Part shown: one piece after another, positions 30,472-39,465 of the stretch
Layout of the letters: the number at the start of each line of letters is the position of its first letter
Position numbering within the stretch: the stretch's first letter is position 1
Source of the DNA: Candidatus Harrisonbacteria bacterium
GTDB taxonomy: Bacteria > Patescibacteriota > Minisyncoccia > UBA6257 > 1-14-0-10-40-38
Reading direction: 5' to 3'
DNA: 64,000 bases
Assembly (NCBI GenBank): GCA_023245035.1
Contig: JAHFLD010000003.1
Location: 55,736 to 119,735 of the forward strand
Notes under the pieces: generated by a model
Seen by the model: the letters and a program-made list of their open reading frames with translations, nothing else
Told to the model about the DNA's origin: nothing
Database searches by the model: none
Program-made: the position numbers and the translations under genes

Positions 30472-31095
30472 ATGTTTAATACTCAAGAAAAAAAAGAACG
30501 CGCTCTCGGAGTTAAGCTTTTTTTAAAGGCTTCGCGTTGCGCTTCGCCAAAATGCGCCACGGTTCGCCGTCCGACTCGGCCGGGAATGCACGGCGCTGCT
30601 CGTCGGCGCGCCCCGTCGGAGTATGGGCGCCAACTTCTGGAGAAGCAAAAATTCCAGTTTGCCTACGGCTTGAGGGAGGCTCAAGTGCGTTCGCTTTTCA
30701 AAAAAGCGCTTAAAGATCCGGCGGCTACCGGAATGACTTTTGCCAACTTATTGGAGGCTCGTTTGGATAATGTTTTGTATCGCCTGGGATTTACCGCCTC
30801 TCGCTCGGTGGCTCGCCAAGTTGTCGGCCATGGCCATATTTTTGTGAAGGGCCGACGGGTTTCCATTTCTTCCTATTCGGTAAGAGTTGGAGACGTTATC
30901 AGTCTGCGCCCGCAGTCCAAGGATCACCCGGTGTTCAAAGAGATAACCGAGCGGCTTAAGAACTATGAACCGCCGGCGTGGCTGAAGCTCAACAAGGATG
31001 CCGTGTCCGGATCGGTGGTTTCCGCTCCTCGGGTTGATGAACCGCCGTTTGACGTCGGGCTCGTAGTCGATTACTATTCAAAAATAGTTAAATAG
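30472..31095 (+). CDS. rpsD: 30S ribosomal protein S4
   Basis: SEYG.QL.EKQK, LE.RLDNVLYRLG, ARQVV.HGH, VDYYSK. Confidence 0.98.
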   Translation: MFNTQEKKERALGVKLFLKASRCASPKCATVRRPTRPGMHGAARRRAPSEYGRQLLEKQKFQFAYGLREAQVRSLFKKALKDPAATGMTFANLLEARLDNVLYRLGFTASRSVARQVVGHGHIFVKGRRVSISSYSVRVGDVISLRPQSKDHPVFKEITERLKNYEPPAWLKLNKDAVSGSVVSAPRVDEPPFDVGLVVDYYSKIVK

Positions 31096-31111
31096 TTTAT
31101 AATAAAAACTT

Positions 31112-31882
31112 ATGTACGATAAACTCGTTTCGCGGGTTGCTATTAAGACCGTTTCCGAAAGTCCGACCGAGGGGATTTTTGAGATAGAGGGCTTGTATAC
31201 CGGCTATGGTCTGACGGTGGGCAATGCCTTGCGGAGAGCCCTGCTTTCTTCCTTGCCCGGAGGTGCCATTACTTTGATTAAAATCAAAGGCGTCGGCCAT
31301 GAGTTTTCAACCTTGCCGGATGTGATCGAGGATGTAGTGGAGATTACCTTGAATCTTAAGAAAATTCGGTTTCGAATGCACAGCAGAGACCCACAGGTTT
31401 TGAGTCTAAAATTTAAGGGCGAGGGAGCGGTGACTGGCAAGGATATTGAGGCGAATTCAGAGGTTGAGGTGATTACTCCCTTGGCCCACATCGCCACTTT
31501 GACTTCCAAAAATGCCGAGTTGGATATTGAGTTAACAGTGGAAAAGGGATTGGGGTATGTGCCGCTTGAGGCGCGCAAGATGGAAAAATTACCGATTGGA
31601 GTGATTGCCTTGGATGCTATTTTTACTCCGGTTACCAAAGTTAATTTTACGGTGGAAAATATGCGGGTTGAGGACCGGACTGATTTTAACCGTTTGCGTT
31701 TCGTAGTTGAAACCGACGGGAGCATTACGCCTTCAACCGCCATGGCTAAGGCGGCTCATATTTTGCAGGATCATTTTAAGGTAGTGGCAGAAATGCCTCG
31801 CATGGAGGTTCAACCGATGGCGGTTGTTCCAAAGTCCGCGGAAGCTAAAAAGCCTCGGGCTAAAAAGACGGCCAAAAAGTAA
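31112..31882 (+). CDS. rpoA: RNA polymerase alpha subunit, no C-terminal domain
   Basis: GYG.TVGNALRR.LLSSLPG, HEFST, EKGLGYVP, DAIFTPV.KV, RVE.RTD. Confidence 0.97.
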   Translation: MYDKLVSRVAIKTVSESPTEGIFEIEGLYTGYGLTVGNALRRALLSSLPGGAITLIKIKGVGHEFSTLPDVIEDVVEITLNLKKIRFRMHSRDPQVLSLKFKGEGAVTGKDIEANSEVEVITPLAHIATLTSKNAELDIELTVEKGLGYVPLEARKMEKLPIGVIALDAIFTPVTKVNFTVENMRVEDRTDFNRLRFVVETDGSITPSTAMAKAAHILQDHFKVVAEMPRMEVQPMAVVPKSAEAKKPRAKKTAKK

Positions 31883-31898
31883 GCGCTATAAGATATTT

Positions 31899-32231
31899 AT
31901 GAGGAAATTCAACCGGGTTACAAGTCGTCGAAAGTTGTTTCGCAAGAGCTTACTCACCAGCTTAATTGATCATAAGCGGATTGAGACGACGGTGGCTCGG
32001 GCCAAAGAAATCCGGCCGTTGGTTGAAAAAATGGTGACGATGGCTAAGCGCAAGGATGTGGCTCATTTTCGCTTGCTTTGCGCTAAGCTGCCCAAACATG
32101 CCGCGGAGCGTCTTTATCACGACATCGCCCCGCTCTATGTAAAACGAGATGGCGGTTATACCAGAATTATCAAACAGGCGACTTCGCGCAAACGAGATGC
32201 CGCGCCGCTCGCCGTGATTGAATTTGTTTAA
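31899..32231 (+). CDS. rplQ: 50S ribosomal protein L17
   Basis: RIETT.ARAKE.RP.VEK, R.GGYTRIIK, R.RDAAP.A.IEFV. Confidence 0.97.
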   Translation: MRKFNRVTSRRKLFRKSLLTSLIDHKRIETTVARAKEIRPLVEKMVTMAKRKDVAHFRLLCAKLPKHAAERLYHDIAPLYVKRDGGYTRIIKQATSRKRDAAPLAVIEFV

Positions 32232-32239
32232 TTTTTTTT

Positions 32240-32590
32240 ATGAACAACGTTATTGATGCCAGCAAGCAAAGTCTCGGTCGGCTCGCTTCCCAGATCGCGG
32301 TGACGCTTCAGGGAAAGCATGGTCCGGACTATAATCCGCGTCTACCCGGCGCCGTTAAGGTGGTGGTTAAAAATATCGCCAAGATGCGGGTGACCGGTGA
32401 CAAGGCTAAAAATAAGATATATTATCGGCACACCGGCTACATGGGGCATCTGCGAAAACTTTCGTATGAGCAAAAGTTTGCCAAGTCGCCGAGTCAGGTT
32501 TTGCGAGAGGCGGTTTACAACATGTTGCCTAAAAATCGTTTGCGGAGAGTTCGTCTAAATAGACTTCATCTTTATGACCACGAAAATTAA
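32240..32590 (+). CDS. rplM: 50S ribosomal protein L13
   Basis: IDA....LGRLAS.IA..LQGKH.P.Y.P, YYRHTGY.G, MLPKNRL. Confidence 0.97.
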   Translation: MNNVIDASKQSLGRLASQIAVTLQGKHGPDYNPRLPGAVKVVVKNIAKMRVTGDKAKNKIYYRHTGYMGHLRKLSYEQKFAKSPSQVLREAVYNMLPKNRLRRVRLNRLHLYDHEN

Positions 32591-32981
32591 ATCCCAGCGT
32601 TATTATGAAGCTTTGGGTGGCAGAAAGACCGCTCACGCCAGAGTTCGCATTGCGGAAGGAGTTCCGGGCATGTCGGTTAATGGCGCCGACTATACTCTTT
32701 ATTTTAAGACTCCTAAACAACGGGCGGCGTTGCTGGCTCCCTTTAAAATGCTCAATATTGCCGAGAGGTTTAATGCCTCGGTAATGGTTCACGGCGGTGG
32801 AATTAACGCTCAAGCCGAGGCGGCCCGCAACGCCATCGCCAAGGCGATTATTAAGTTTGATGAATCGCTCAAGAAGCGATTGCGCCGTTTTGGCTATGTG
32901 ACTCGCGACGCGCGCATGGTGGAGCGGAAGAAGTATGGGCATAAGAAGGCCAGACGCGCCCCGCAGTGGAAGAAGCGGTAA
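32574..32981 (+). CDS. rpsI: 30S ribosomal protein S9
   Basis: G.RKTA.ARV, GGG..AQA.A, TRDAR.VERKKYG.KKARRAPQW.KR. Confidence 0.98.
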   Translation: MTTKIKSQRYYEALGGRKTAHARVRIAEGVPGMSVNGADYTLYFKTPKQRAALLAPFKMLNIAERFNASVMVHGGGINAQAEAARNAIAKAIIKFDESLKKRLRRFGYVTRDARMVERKKYGHKKARRAPQWKKR

Positions 32982-33091
32982 GTTCGGCTCGTCTTTTGCT
33001 CGAACTTCTTTGCCGGAAAAACAGCGCATGTCATTCCAGCTTCGTGTATCCGGCTTTCTGTTTTCTGTTAAAATGCGGTATGCTCACTCGA

Positions 33092-33529
33092 ATGAAGCGC
33101 TTCTCATTGTTTATTCTCTCTCGCCATTTTTTTGTAGCGGCACTTTTGGGGCTGTTGGGATTTCACCTGATCGCGCTTTCGTTTCATTGGTATTGGATTT
33201 ATCGATTTGCCTTGATTGATGTTATTCCCCATTTTTTGGGAGGTTTTGTGGTGGCTAACTTTTTCTATCTGTTTTTTATGAGCTCGCCATCGCCTCGGAT
33301 TTTCGCCCCAAGTATTTTGATCCGAGGCCTGCTTATTTTTCTTTTTGCCTTGGGAGTCGGTGTCTTTTGGGAATTTTTTGAATTTTTGGTGGATCGTTGC
33401 TTGGTTAGCTTGCCGTCATATCGCAACCAGCTGGGACTTACGGATACCATGAAGGATCTCGCGGTTGATGCTTGGGGCAGTTTGGTGTTTATCGGCCTTT
33501 ATATTTTGGCTTGGAGGGGACGAGAATAA
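33092..33529 (+). CDS. Membrane protein (DUF2238/VanZ-like)
   Basis: D...HFLGG, GV.WEFFEF, DTMKDL..D motifs. Confidence 0.7.
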   Translation: MKRFSLFILSRHFFVAALLGLLGFHLIALSFHWYWIYRFALIDVIPHFLGGFVVANFFYLFFMSSPSPRIFAPSILIRGLLIFLFALGVGVFWEFFEFLVDRCLVSLPSYRNQLGLTDTMKDLAVDAWGSLVFIGLYILAWRGRE

Positions 33530-33582
33530 GGCGGCTATTTTCTTTGCCAGAGTTTTTGCCTATACTGGGAACACCTTTGATT

Positions 33583-34590
33583 ATGTTTACCCGCAAAATT
33601 GGTATTGATTTAGGTACTGCCAATACGATTGTTTTTGTGCCCGGCAAGGGATTTATCATCAACGAGCCGACAATTGTGGCTTTGAGTTTGCCGGAAAACA
33701 GCGTGCTAGCCGTTGGCCAGGAGGCCAAGGAAATGATTGGTCGAACACCGGACGATATTTCCGCCTATCGCCCCCTAAAGGATGGAGTAATCGCCGATTA
33801 TTACATTACCAAGGCGATGCTCAAGTATTTTATCAGTCGCGCGGTTGGCAGGTTTAATATTTTTCGGCCGGAGGTGGTGATTTCGGTTCCGGCTGGTATC
33901 ACGCCCACCGAGCGGCGAGCGGTGGTCAACGCCGCCCGCGAGGCTGGAGCCAAAGAGGCCTTTGTCGTCAAAGAGCCGATTTTGGCGGCGCTGGGTGCCG
34001 GCATTCCAATTAATGCCCATGTTGGCAATATGATTATCAACATCGGTGGAGGCACGGCGGAGGTGGCCGTGGTTTCGCTTGGCGGTATTGTTTCCTGGTC
34101 CAGTTTGCGGGTGGCCGGAAACAAGTTTGATCAAGCGATTATAGATTACGTGAAGCGCAAACATTCGCTCGCGATTGGAGAGCAGACAGCGGAAACCGTG
34201 AAGATAGAAGTTGGTTCGGCGCTGGCTACCAAGGAGCAGTTGCAGTTTGAACTTCGCGGACGAGATCTGGTTTCCGGTCTGCCACGCGATATAAGCATCA
34301 AGTCCAACGAAATCGCCGAAGCGCTCACGCCGTTTTTACTGGAAATCGCCTCGTCGGTGCAAAATGTTTTTAACTCAACGCCGCCGGAATTGGTGGCCGA
34401 CATCATGGAGAAGGGAATAATTCTTTCCGGCGGCGGCAGTCAGCTTCGGCACCTGGATGAATTTTTTCATAGGCTTACCGGAGTGCCGACTTATCTGGCT
34501 GAGGATCCTCTTTTTTGTGTGGCCAAGGGCGCCGGTTTGATTTTGAATCATTTGGATGTTTATAAGCGGACCTTGCTTACCAAGAGATAA
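33583..34590 (+). CDS. mreB: Rod shape-determining protein MreB/Mbl, paralogue 1
   Basis: GIDLGTANT, EP..AALGAG, NIGGGTAEVAV.SLGG, PPELVADI...GI.LSGGG. Confidence 0.93.
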   Translation: MFTRKIGIDLGTANTIVFVPGKGFIINEPTIVALSLPENSVLAVGQEAKEMIGRTPDDISAYRPLKDGVIADYYITKAMLKYFISRAVGRFNIFRPEVVISVPAGITPTERRAVVNAAREAGAKEAFVVKEPILAALGAGIPINAHVGNMIINIGGGTAEVAVVSLGGIVSWSSLRVAGNKFDQAIIDYVKRKHSLAIGEQTAETVKIEVGSALATKEQLQFELRGRDLVSGLPRDISIKSNEIAEALTPFLLEIASSVQNVFNSTPPELVADIMEKGIILSGGGSQLRHLDEFFHRLTGVPTYLAEDPLFCVAKGAGLILNHLDVYKRTLLTKR

Positions 34591-34634
34591 ATGCGACGCA
34601 TCCAAATGCATAAGTCCGTGCTAAACTGGGTCTT

Positions 34635-35348
34635 ATGGCTTTGGTTAACGAATTGCGCCAAGATTTTGAGAAGCTGATTTCCCGTTCACGATTGGCCCAT
34701 GGCTATCTTCTTTTTGGACAGTCGCTGGTTCGCCAGCGGGATTTTGCCCACAGTCTGGCGCGATTTTTGGAGACTGGCGCTTGGGATGGCAAGGATCCAT
34801 TGCTTGATTTTTTGGCCTTCAACGCCGCCGATCAGGATGAGGGCGGCATTGATAGGGTTCGTTTATTTCGCGCCGAAGTTTTTGTGAAGCCGTTTCGCGC
34901 TTCACGGCGAGTTATTTTGATTGACGCCGCGCACAAACTTACCCAGATTGCCCAGCAAGCTTTGCTTAAAGTCCTGGAAGAGCCACCGGAGCACGCCGTG
35001 ATTTTTTTGAGCGTTCATGATCCGCAGACACTTTTTCCGCCAGTTGTATCGCGGTTGCAGAGATTGTATCTAAGCGGGGAGCCGGAGTTTGCCGATAAGC
35101 ACCATTTTCGCGAAGAGGTTCCCTTGTTCTTGCGCGCCGATTCCAAAGGACGAAAGGAAATGCTTAAGGCGTTTACCGAGGAGGAGCGTCCGCTCATGGA
35201 TTTTGCCGTGGCTCTTTTGGAGCATCTGCGAGCCGATGCCGCGAAGAATTTTCGGGTGCTTGGAGCCCTCTCCTATAGACTCATGCAAATGCATCGGTAT
35301 ACTACTAATCAACGGTTGCAAATTGAAGCCGCCGTTTTACATGTTTAA
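34635..35348 (+). CDS. holB: DNA polymerase III delta' subunit-like protein
   Basis: HGYLLFG, GID.VR, IDAAHKLT..AQQALLK.LEEPP, SRLQ. Confidence 0.8.
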   Translation: MALVNELRQDFEKLISRSRLAHGYLLFGQSLVRQRDFAHSLARFLETGAWDGKDPLLDFLAFNAADQDEGGIDRVRLFRAEVFVKPFRASRRVILIDAAHKLTQIAQQALLKVLEEPPEHAVIFLSVHDPQTLFPPVVSRLQRLYLSGEPEFADKHHFREEVPLFLRADSKGRKEMLKAFTEEERPLMDFAVALLEHLRADAAKNFRVLGALSYRLMQMHRYTTNQRLQIEAAVLHV

Positions 35349-35448
35349 TCTTTATATGGATAAAGCCTTCGGTCTCTTTATGGTCTTGCTTTTCGTTGGT
35401 TTGGTGATTTATTTCTTGCCGCTTGTTTGCCGAGTCGGTTAATTTTTC

Positions 35449-36000
35449 ATGGAACTACTTCTTACAACTTTTGAAAATCGGACTAAGGATTTTTTGAGTG
35501 TTTTGCGAACCGAACTGGGTGGAATCCGCACCAATCGTCCCAACGCGCAATTGGTGGAAGATCTTAAAGTTGATTATTTTGGTCAGCTGTTGCCGGTCAA
35601 ACAACTGGGATCCATCGGCATCAATCCGCCGCGCGAGGTGGTGGTGACGGCTTGGGATCGCAACGCGGCGGCGGCCATCGCCAAGGCGGTTCAAAATTCT
35701 TCACTTGGCATCACGCCGACGGTTGATGGCGGTGCCGTCCGCTTTCAGTTGCCGCCGCTAACAGCCGAACGTCGAGAAGAGTTGGCCAAACTCGCCAAGG
35801 CGATTGCCGAGAAAATCCGGATTCGTCTGCGTGGCGCCAGAGACGAGGCGAACAAAGAAGTCGCGGCTCTTTTTGACGCCAAGGAGCTGAGCGAGGATCA
35901 GAAGTTCAAGGCCAAGAAACAAGTTCAGGAGATTACCGATGCCACGAATCAAGCCATTGAAGATTTGGTCGCGAAAAAAATCACCGAAATACACGAATGA
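35449..36000 (+). CDS. frr: Ribosome recycling factor
   Basis: IRT.R, V.YFG...P, PPLT.ERREEL.K, .R.AR, VQ..TD. Confidence 0.95.
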   Translation: MELLLTTFENRTKDFLSVLRTELGGIRTNRPNAQLVEDLKVDYFGQLLPVKQLGSIGINPPREVVVTAWDRNAAAAIAKAVQNSSLGITPTVDGGAVRFQLPPLTAERREELAKLAKAIAEKIRIRLRGARDEANKEVAALFDAKELSEDQKFKAKKQVQEITDATNQAIEDLVAKKITEIHE

Positions 36001-37034
36001 CTATTTTTCTATTGCTTATTGGAATTTCGGTTTTAATTTTTATTCATGAGCTCGGGCATTTTTTGTGCGCCAAGGCATTCGGGTTGTACGTGGAGGAGTT
36101 CGGTTTTGGATTTCCGCCACGGTTGTTTGGCAAAAAAATAGGGGAGACCGTCTATAGCTTTAATCTTTTGCCGTTTGGCGGATTTGTGAAGATTTTTGGC
36201 GAGCGGGCGGATTTGAACGACGAAGAAGGGAAGCAGCCGCAAATTCCACCGGAGCGCAATTTTTCGCGCCAAAGCATTTGGAAGCGTTTTGTGATTATCG
36301 CGGCCGGAGTGGTGATGAACTTTTTTTTGGGCTGGGTTTTGCTGTCGTTCCTTTTCTTTACCGGTCTTTCTGGTCCGGTGATAGTTTCCGATGTTGCAGT
36401 CGGTTCGCCGGCGGAGGCGGCGGGTTTTAAAACCGGCGACGGCTTGGTTGATTTTCGGAGTTCCACGGCCTTTGTTGATTTCGTAGCTCAACATCGCGGC
36501 GAGGCGGTGACTTTTTCGATACTTCGAGCGACGACCACCTTGTCGGTTGTCGCTACTCCGGATTTGAATCCCGCAGTGGGGCGCGGCGCCTTGGGTGTGG
36601 CGGTTTCGGAATCCGGCTTTCCCGAACTTGGTTTTTTTGGCGCCATCAAGGCTGGACTATTTACCGCGGCGCAGACGATTTGGCTGATTATCTCATCGCT
36701 TGGCGTTTTGATTGCCGGTTTGTTTGTTGGTCGGGCGCCGGCGCAGGCCTTTGTCGGACCGATTGGTATTTTTCAAATTGCCGCGCAGAGCGCGCGGTTT
36801 GGTTTACTGCACTTGGTACAACTGGTGGCGCTAATTTCTTTGAATCTTGCCGTCTTAAACGCGGTGCCGTTCCCGGCGCTTGACGGCGGGCGGATGCTTT
36901 TTTTACTGATTGAAAAAATAAAGGGGAGCGCTCTTTCGGCCAAGCGGGAGATGATAGCGAACGCCATTGGGTTCTGGTTGCTTATCTTGCTTATGATTTT
37001 TGTGACGGCGCGGGATGTGATTAAGCTGTTTTAG
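35997..37034 (+). CDS. rseP: RseP-like site-2 (M50) zinc protease with PDZ
   Basis: HELGH, F.FGFPP, P.GGFVK, AGV.MN, NL...N..P.PALDGG. Confidence 0.92.
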   Translation: MTIFLLLIGISVLIFIHELGHFLCAKAFGLYVEEFGFGFPPRLFGKKIGETVYSFNLLPFGGFVKIFGERADLNDEEGKQPQIPPERNFSRQSIWKRFVIIAAGVVMNFFLGWVLLSFLFFTGLSGPVIVSDVAVGSPAEAAGFKTGDGLVDFRSSTAFVDFVAQHRGEAVTFSILRATTTLSVVATPDLNPAVGRGALGVAVSESGFPELGFFGAIKAGLFTAAQTIWLIISSLGVLIAGLFVGRAPAQAFVGPIGIFQIAAQSARFGLLHLVQLVALISLNLAVLNAVPFPALDGGRMLFLLIEKIKGSALSAKREMIANAIGFWLLILLMIFVTARDVIKLF

Positions 37035-37080
37035 AGATAAAAAATATGGAGTAAGAGGTGGGGAAAACGGTGTCCCGATT

Positions 37081-37105
37081 GTCATGCCAGCGAAGGCTGG
37101 CATCT
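37081..37105. repeat. dRS3/REP-like short palindrome
   Basis: GTCATGCCAGCGAAGGCTGGCATCT; reads 'MPAFAGMT' on the minus strand. Confidence 0.5.
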
Positions 37106-37267
37106 TAGTGTTATCCCTTGACGGATTTGGATATAATATGCTATATTAGCAAATGTTCGTTAGGGCTCTTTTAAAACCGAAAACTGGTCTTTCGAAACAC
37201 TGTGTTTCCGCCAGATTTTGCCATAAAAGAGCTTCGTTTCCGCTCAAACCGGAAGGGTGTGGATTTC

Positions 37268-38023
37268 ATGTCTACGCAAGATTCAAGTCCGTGGGAAAGG
37301 CTGATGAAGCTCATCGCCTCCATCGTTCTTCTGGTCCAAGAGGGGAGTCGGAACCTCAAGGAGGTCATGGAGTTTGCCGACTTCTTTCAGATCGTGAAGG
37401 ACAGGTCGGGATTCTTCGCCGACTTCAAGGCCTTCCTCGCCTCGCGCGCCCTTGGCGCAAAGTCCGAGACGGCTCCCTTCGTCAACTTCGCCTCCATCTG
37501 GAGGCAAGTCTACGTCAAGCTCGGCATCAAAGCCGACTTCTGGGATCTGGCCATTGAATACCGTCCCGGATACTGGCCAATCGTAGTATACGAGGACATG
37601 ACTCCGCAGAAGGTGATGAACGCCATCAAGGGGGCCAATCTCTTCCTCACATGGCAATACGCCACCGATCTTGATGCCGCTATCACCAAGAATGACCGAG
37701 ACCCCAAGACTGGATTCTACGTGGTCTACGTGAAAGCAAGCCAAGAAGCCGACCCCGAGTTCAAGAATCTCTCGGCCAACCAGCTCAAGAAGCAGAACAT
37801 CAAGGGAATCACCCTCCTTGAGCGGATTCTCCTTGAGGTCTTCCACTTCATCCTCTCGGATGGCCAGCATCTAGACATCCAGAGCTTCACGCTCTGCTCC
37901 GGTTCGTGGAACTCCTACGGTAATGTGCCGCACGTGAGCTGGCACGATGGTAAGATGGATGCCAGTTGGCACAATCCTGAGCGTCGGGCTGACTGGCTGC
38001 GGTCTCGAGTAGTAGTTTCGTAG
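37268..38023 (+). CDS. Hypothetical protein with a DGR-target-like (CLec-like) C-terminus
   Basis: Own promoter (37118-37147), boxA-like site and terminator; C-ending codon bias; 'ITLLER....HLD...TLCSGS....VP.V.W......W.....LRSR.VVS'. Confidence 0.72.
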   Translation: MSTQDSSPWERLMKLIASIVLLVQEGSRNLKEVMEFADFFQIVKDRSGFFADFKAFLASRALGAKSETAPFVNFASIWRQVYVKLGIKADFWDLAIEYRPGYWPIVVYEDMTPQKVMNAIKGANLFLTWQYATDLDAAITKNDRDPKTGFYVVYVKASQEADPEFKNLSANQLKKQNIKGITLLERILLEVFHFILSDGQHLDIQSFTLCSGSWNSYGNVPHVSWHDGKMDASWHNPERRADWLRSRVVVS

Positions 38024-38121
38024 CCCTTCGCTCTTTTCCACTTACGCCCCACACAAATGTGTGGGGCGTTTTCTTATCTTTGTTATTTGCAGAAGCACTT
38101 TTAAATCTATAGAATAACCAC

Positions 38122-39402
38122 ATGTTGCAGTCGGAACTTTTTACTAAAACTCGCAAGGAGGCGCCAAAGGACGAGGAGGCGATTAATGCCCAGCTTTTAG
38201 CACGCGGTGGGTTTGCGCGAAAAATGTCGGCCGGAGTTTATACCTATTTGCCGCTGGGTTTTCGGGTACTGCAGAAAATAGCCCAGGTGGTGAGAGAGGA
38301 GATGAATGCCATCGGAGGCGAGGAGCTGTTGTTTCCCGCGCTTATCGCGAGGGAGCACTGGGAAAAATCCAAGCGCTGGGGATTGAGGGTCGGCTACGAG
38401 TTCAAGTCGCCGGCGGGCGATGAGGTTGGTTTGGGCTGGACGCACGAAGAGGCGTCGGCTTTTGCCGCGGCGCAGTTTATAGAATCCTATAAGGACTTGC
38501 CCCGAGCCGTGTACCAGATCCAAAATAAGTTTCGGGCCGAGGCTCGCGCCAAGAGCGGACTATTGCGCGGGCGGGAGTTTTTAATGAAAGATCTTTACAG
38601 TTTTCATGCCGATAAGGCGGATCTGGATTTGTATTATCAAAAAGTTATCGCGGCTTATAAAAAAGTTTTTGTGCGACTCAATGTTCCGGTGCGATTGACC
38701 GAGGCCGGAGGCGGAGCCTTTACCGACGAGTATACCCACGAGTTTCAAGCTCTTTCTCCAGCGGGCGAGGACACGGTTTATTATTGCCCAAAGTGTGATT
38801 GGTCGCAGAACGAGGAGGTCGCGAAGGTTAAGGATGGCGAGAGGTGTCCCGCCTCTACGGCGGGCGAGCCCGCTTCTTCGGCTAACGAGCCTGCTTCTTC
38901 AGTTTGCGGTGGGACGGTTGCGATTGCTCGTGGAATTGAAGTCGGCAACGTTTTCAAACTTGGCACCAGGTATAGCGAGGCTTTTGGCGTGCAATTCACC
39001 GATCAGACCGGAAGCAAAAAACCGGCGGTGATGGGCTCTTACGGTATTGGCGTGAGTCGATTGCTCGCGACGCTGGTGGAATTACATCACGACGAAAGAG
39101 GTATTATCTGGCCAAAGGAGGCTTCGCCTTTTGCGGTTCATCTTCTGGTTCTGGGCGCCGAAGATACGGCAGTTGAGGCGCGGGGCCGAAAGGTGTACGA
39201 TTCGCTAACCAAGCGGGGAGTGGAGGTGCTTTATGATGATCGCGCCGTTTCGGCTGGAGAAAAGTTTGGCGATGCCGATTTGTTGGGCATAAGTCTTCGG
39301 GCGGTGGTTAGCGCTAAAACCGGAGACAAGATTGAGCTCAAGCGGAGGGACTCCAAAGAGGTTAAGCTTGTAACGCTTGAGGAGGCGATGGAGATGTTGT
39401 AG
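38122..39402 (+). CDS. proS: Proline--tRNA ligase, no INS editing domain
   Basis: GVYTYLPLG, THEE, YQIQ.KFR.E.R...GLLRGREF.MKD.YSFH, IEVG.VFKLG, MGSYGIG.SR. Confidence 0.97.
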   Translation: MLQSELFTKTRKEAPKDEEAINAQLLARGGFARKMSAGVYTYLPLGFRVLQKIAQVVREEMNAIGGEELLFPALIAREHWEKSKRWGLRVGYEFKSPAGDEVGLGWTHEEASAFAAAQFIESYKDLPRAVYQIQNKFRAEARAKSGLLRGREFLMKDLYSFHADKADLDLYYQKVIAAYKKVFVRLNVPVRLTEAGGGAFTDEYTHEFQALSPAGEDTVYYCPKCDWSQNEEVAKVKDGERCPASTAGEPASSANEPASSVCGGTVAIARGIEVGNVFKLGTRYSEAFGVQFTDQTGSKKPAVMGSYGIGVSRLLATLVELHHDERGIIWPKEASPFAVHLLVLGAEDTAVEARGRKVYDSLTKRGVEVLYDDRAVSAGEKFGDADLLGISLRAVVSAKTGDKIELKRRDSKEVKLVTLEEAMEML

Positions 39403-39465
39403 ATGTTCTAGGCGCGGCGCTACTATACTTAAAAAAATTAAAACACTTAGAACTTTTTAGTCACT

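Noticed and set aside
35341-35442. 33-aa hydrophobic ORF between holB and frr
   Set aside because: Plausible microprotein or gene remnant, but no independent support.
25529-38072. Complete DGR in the window
   Set aside because: No reverse transcriptase, Avd or template repeat seen; the two candidate targets do not match each other at DNA level.
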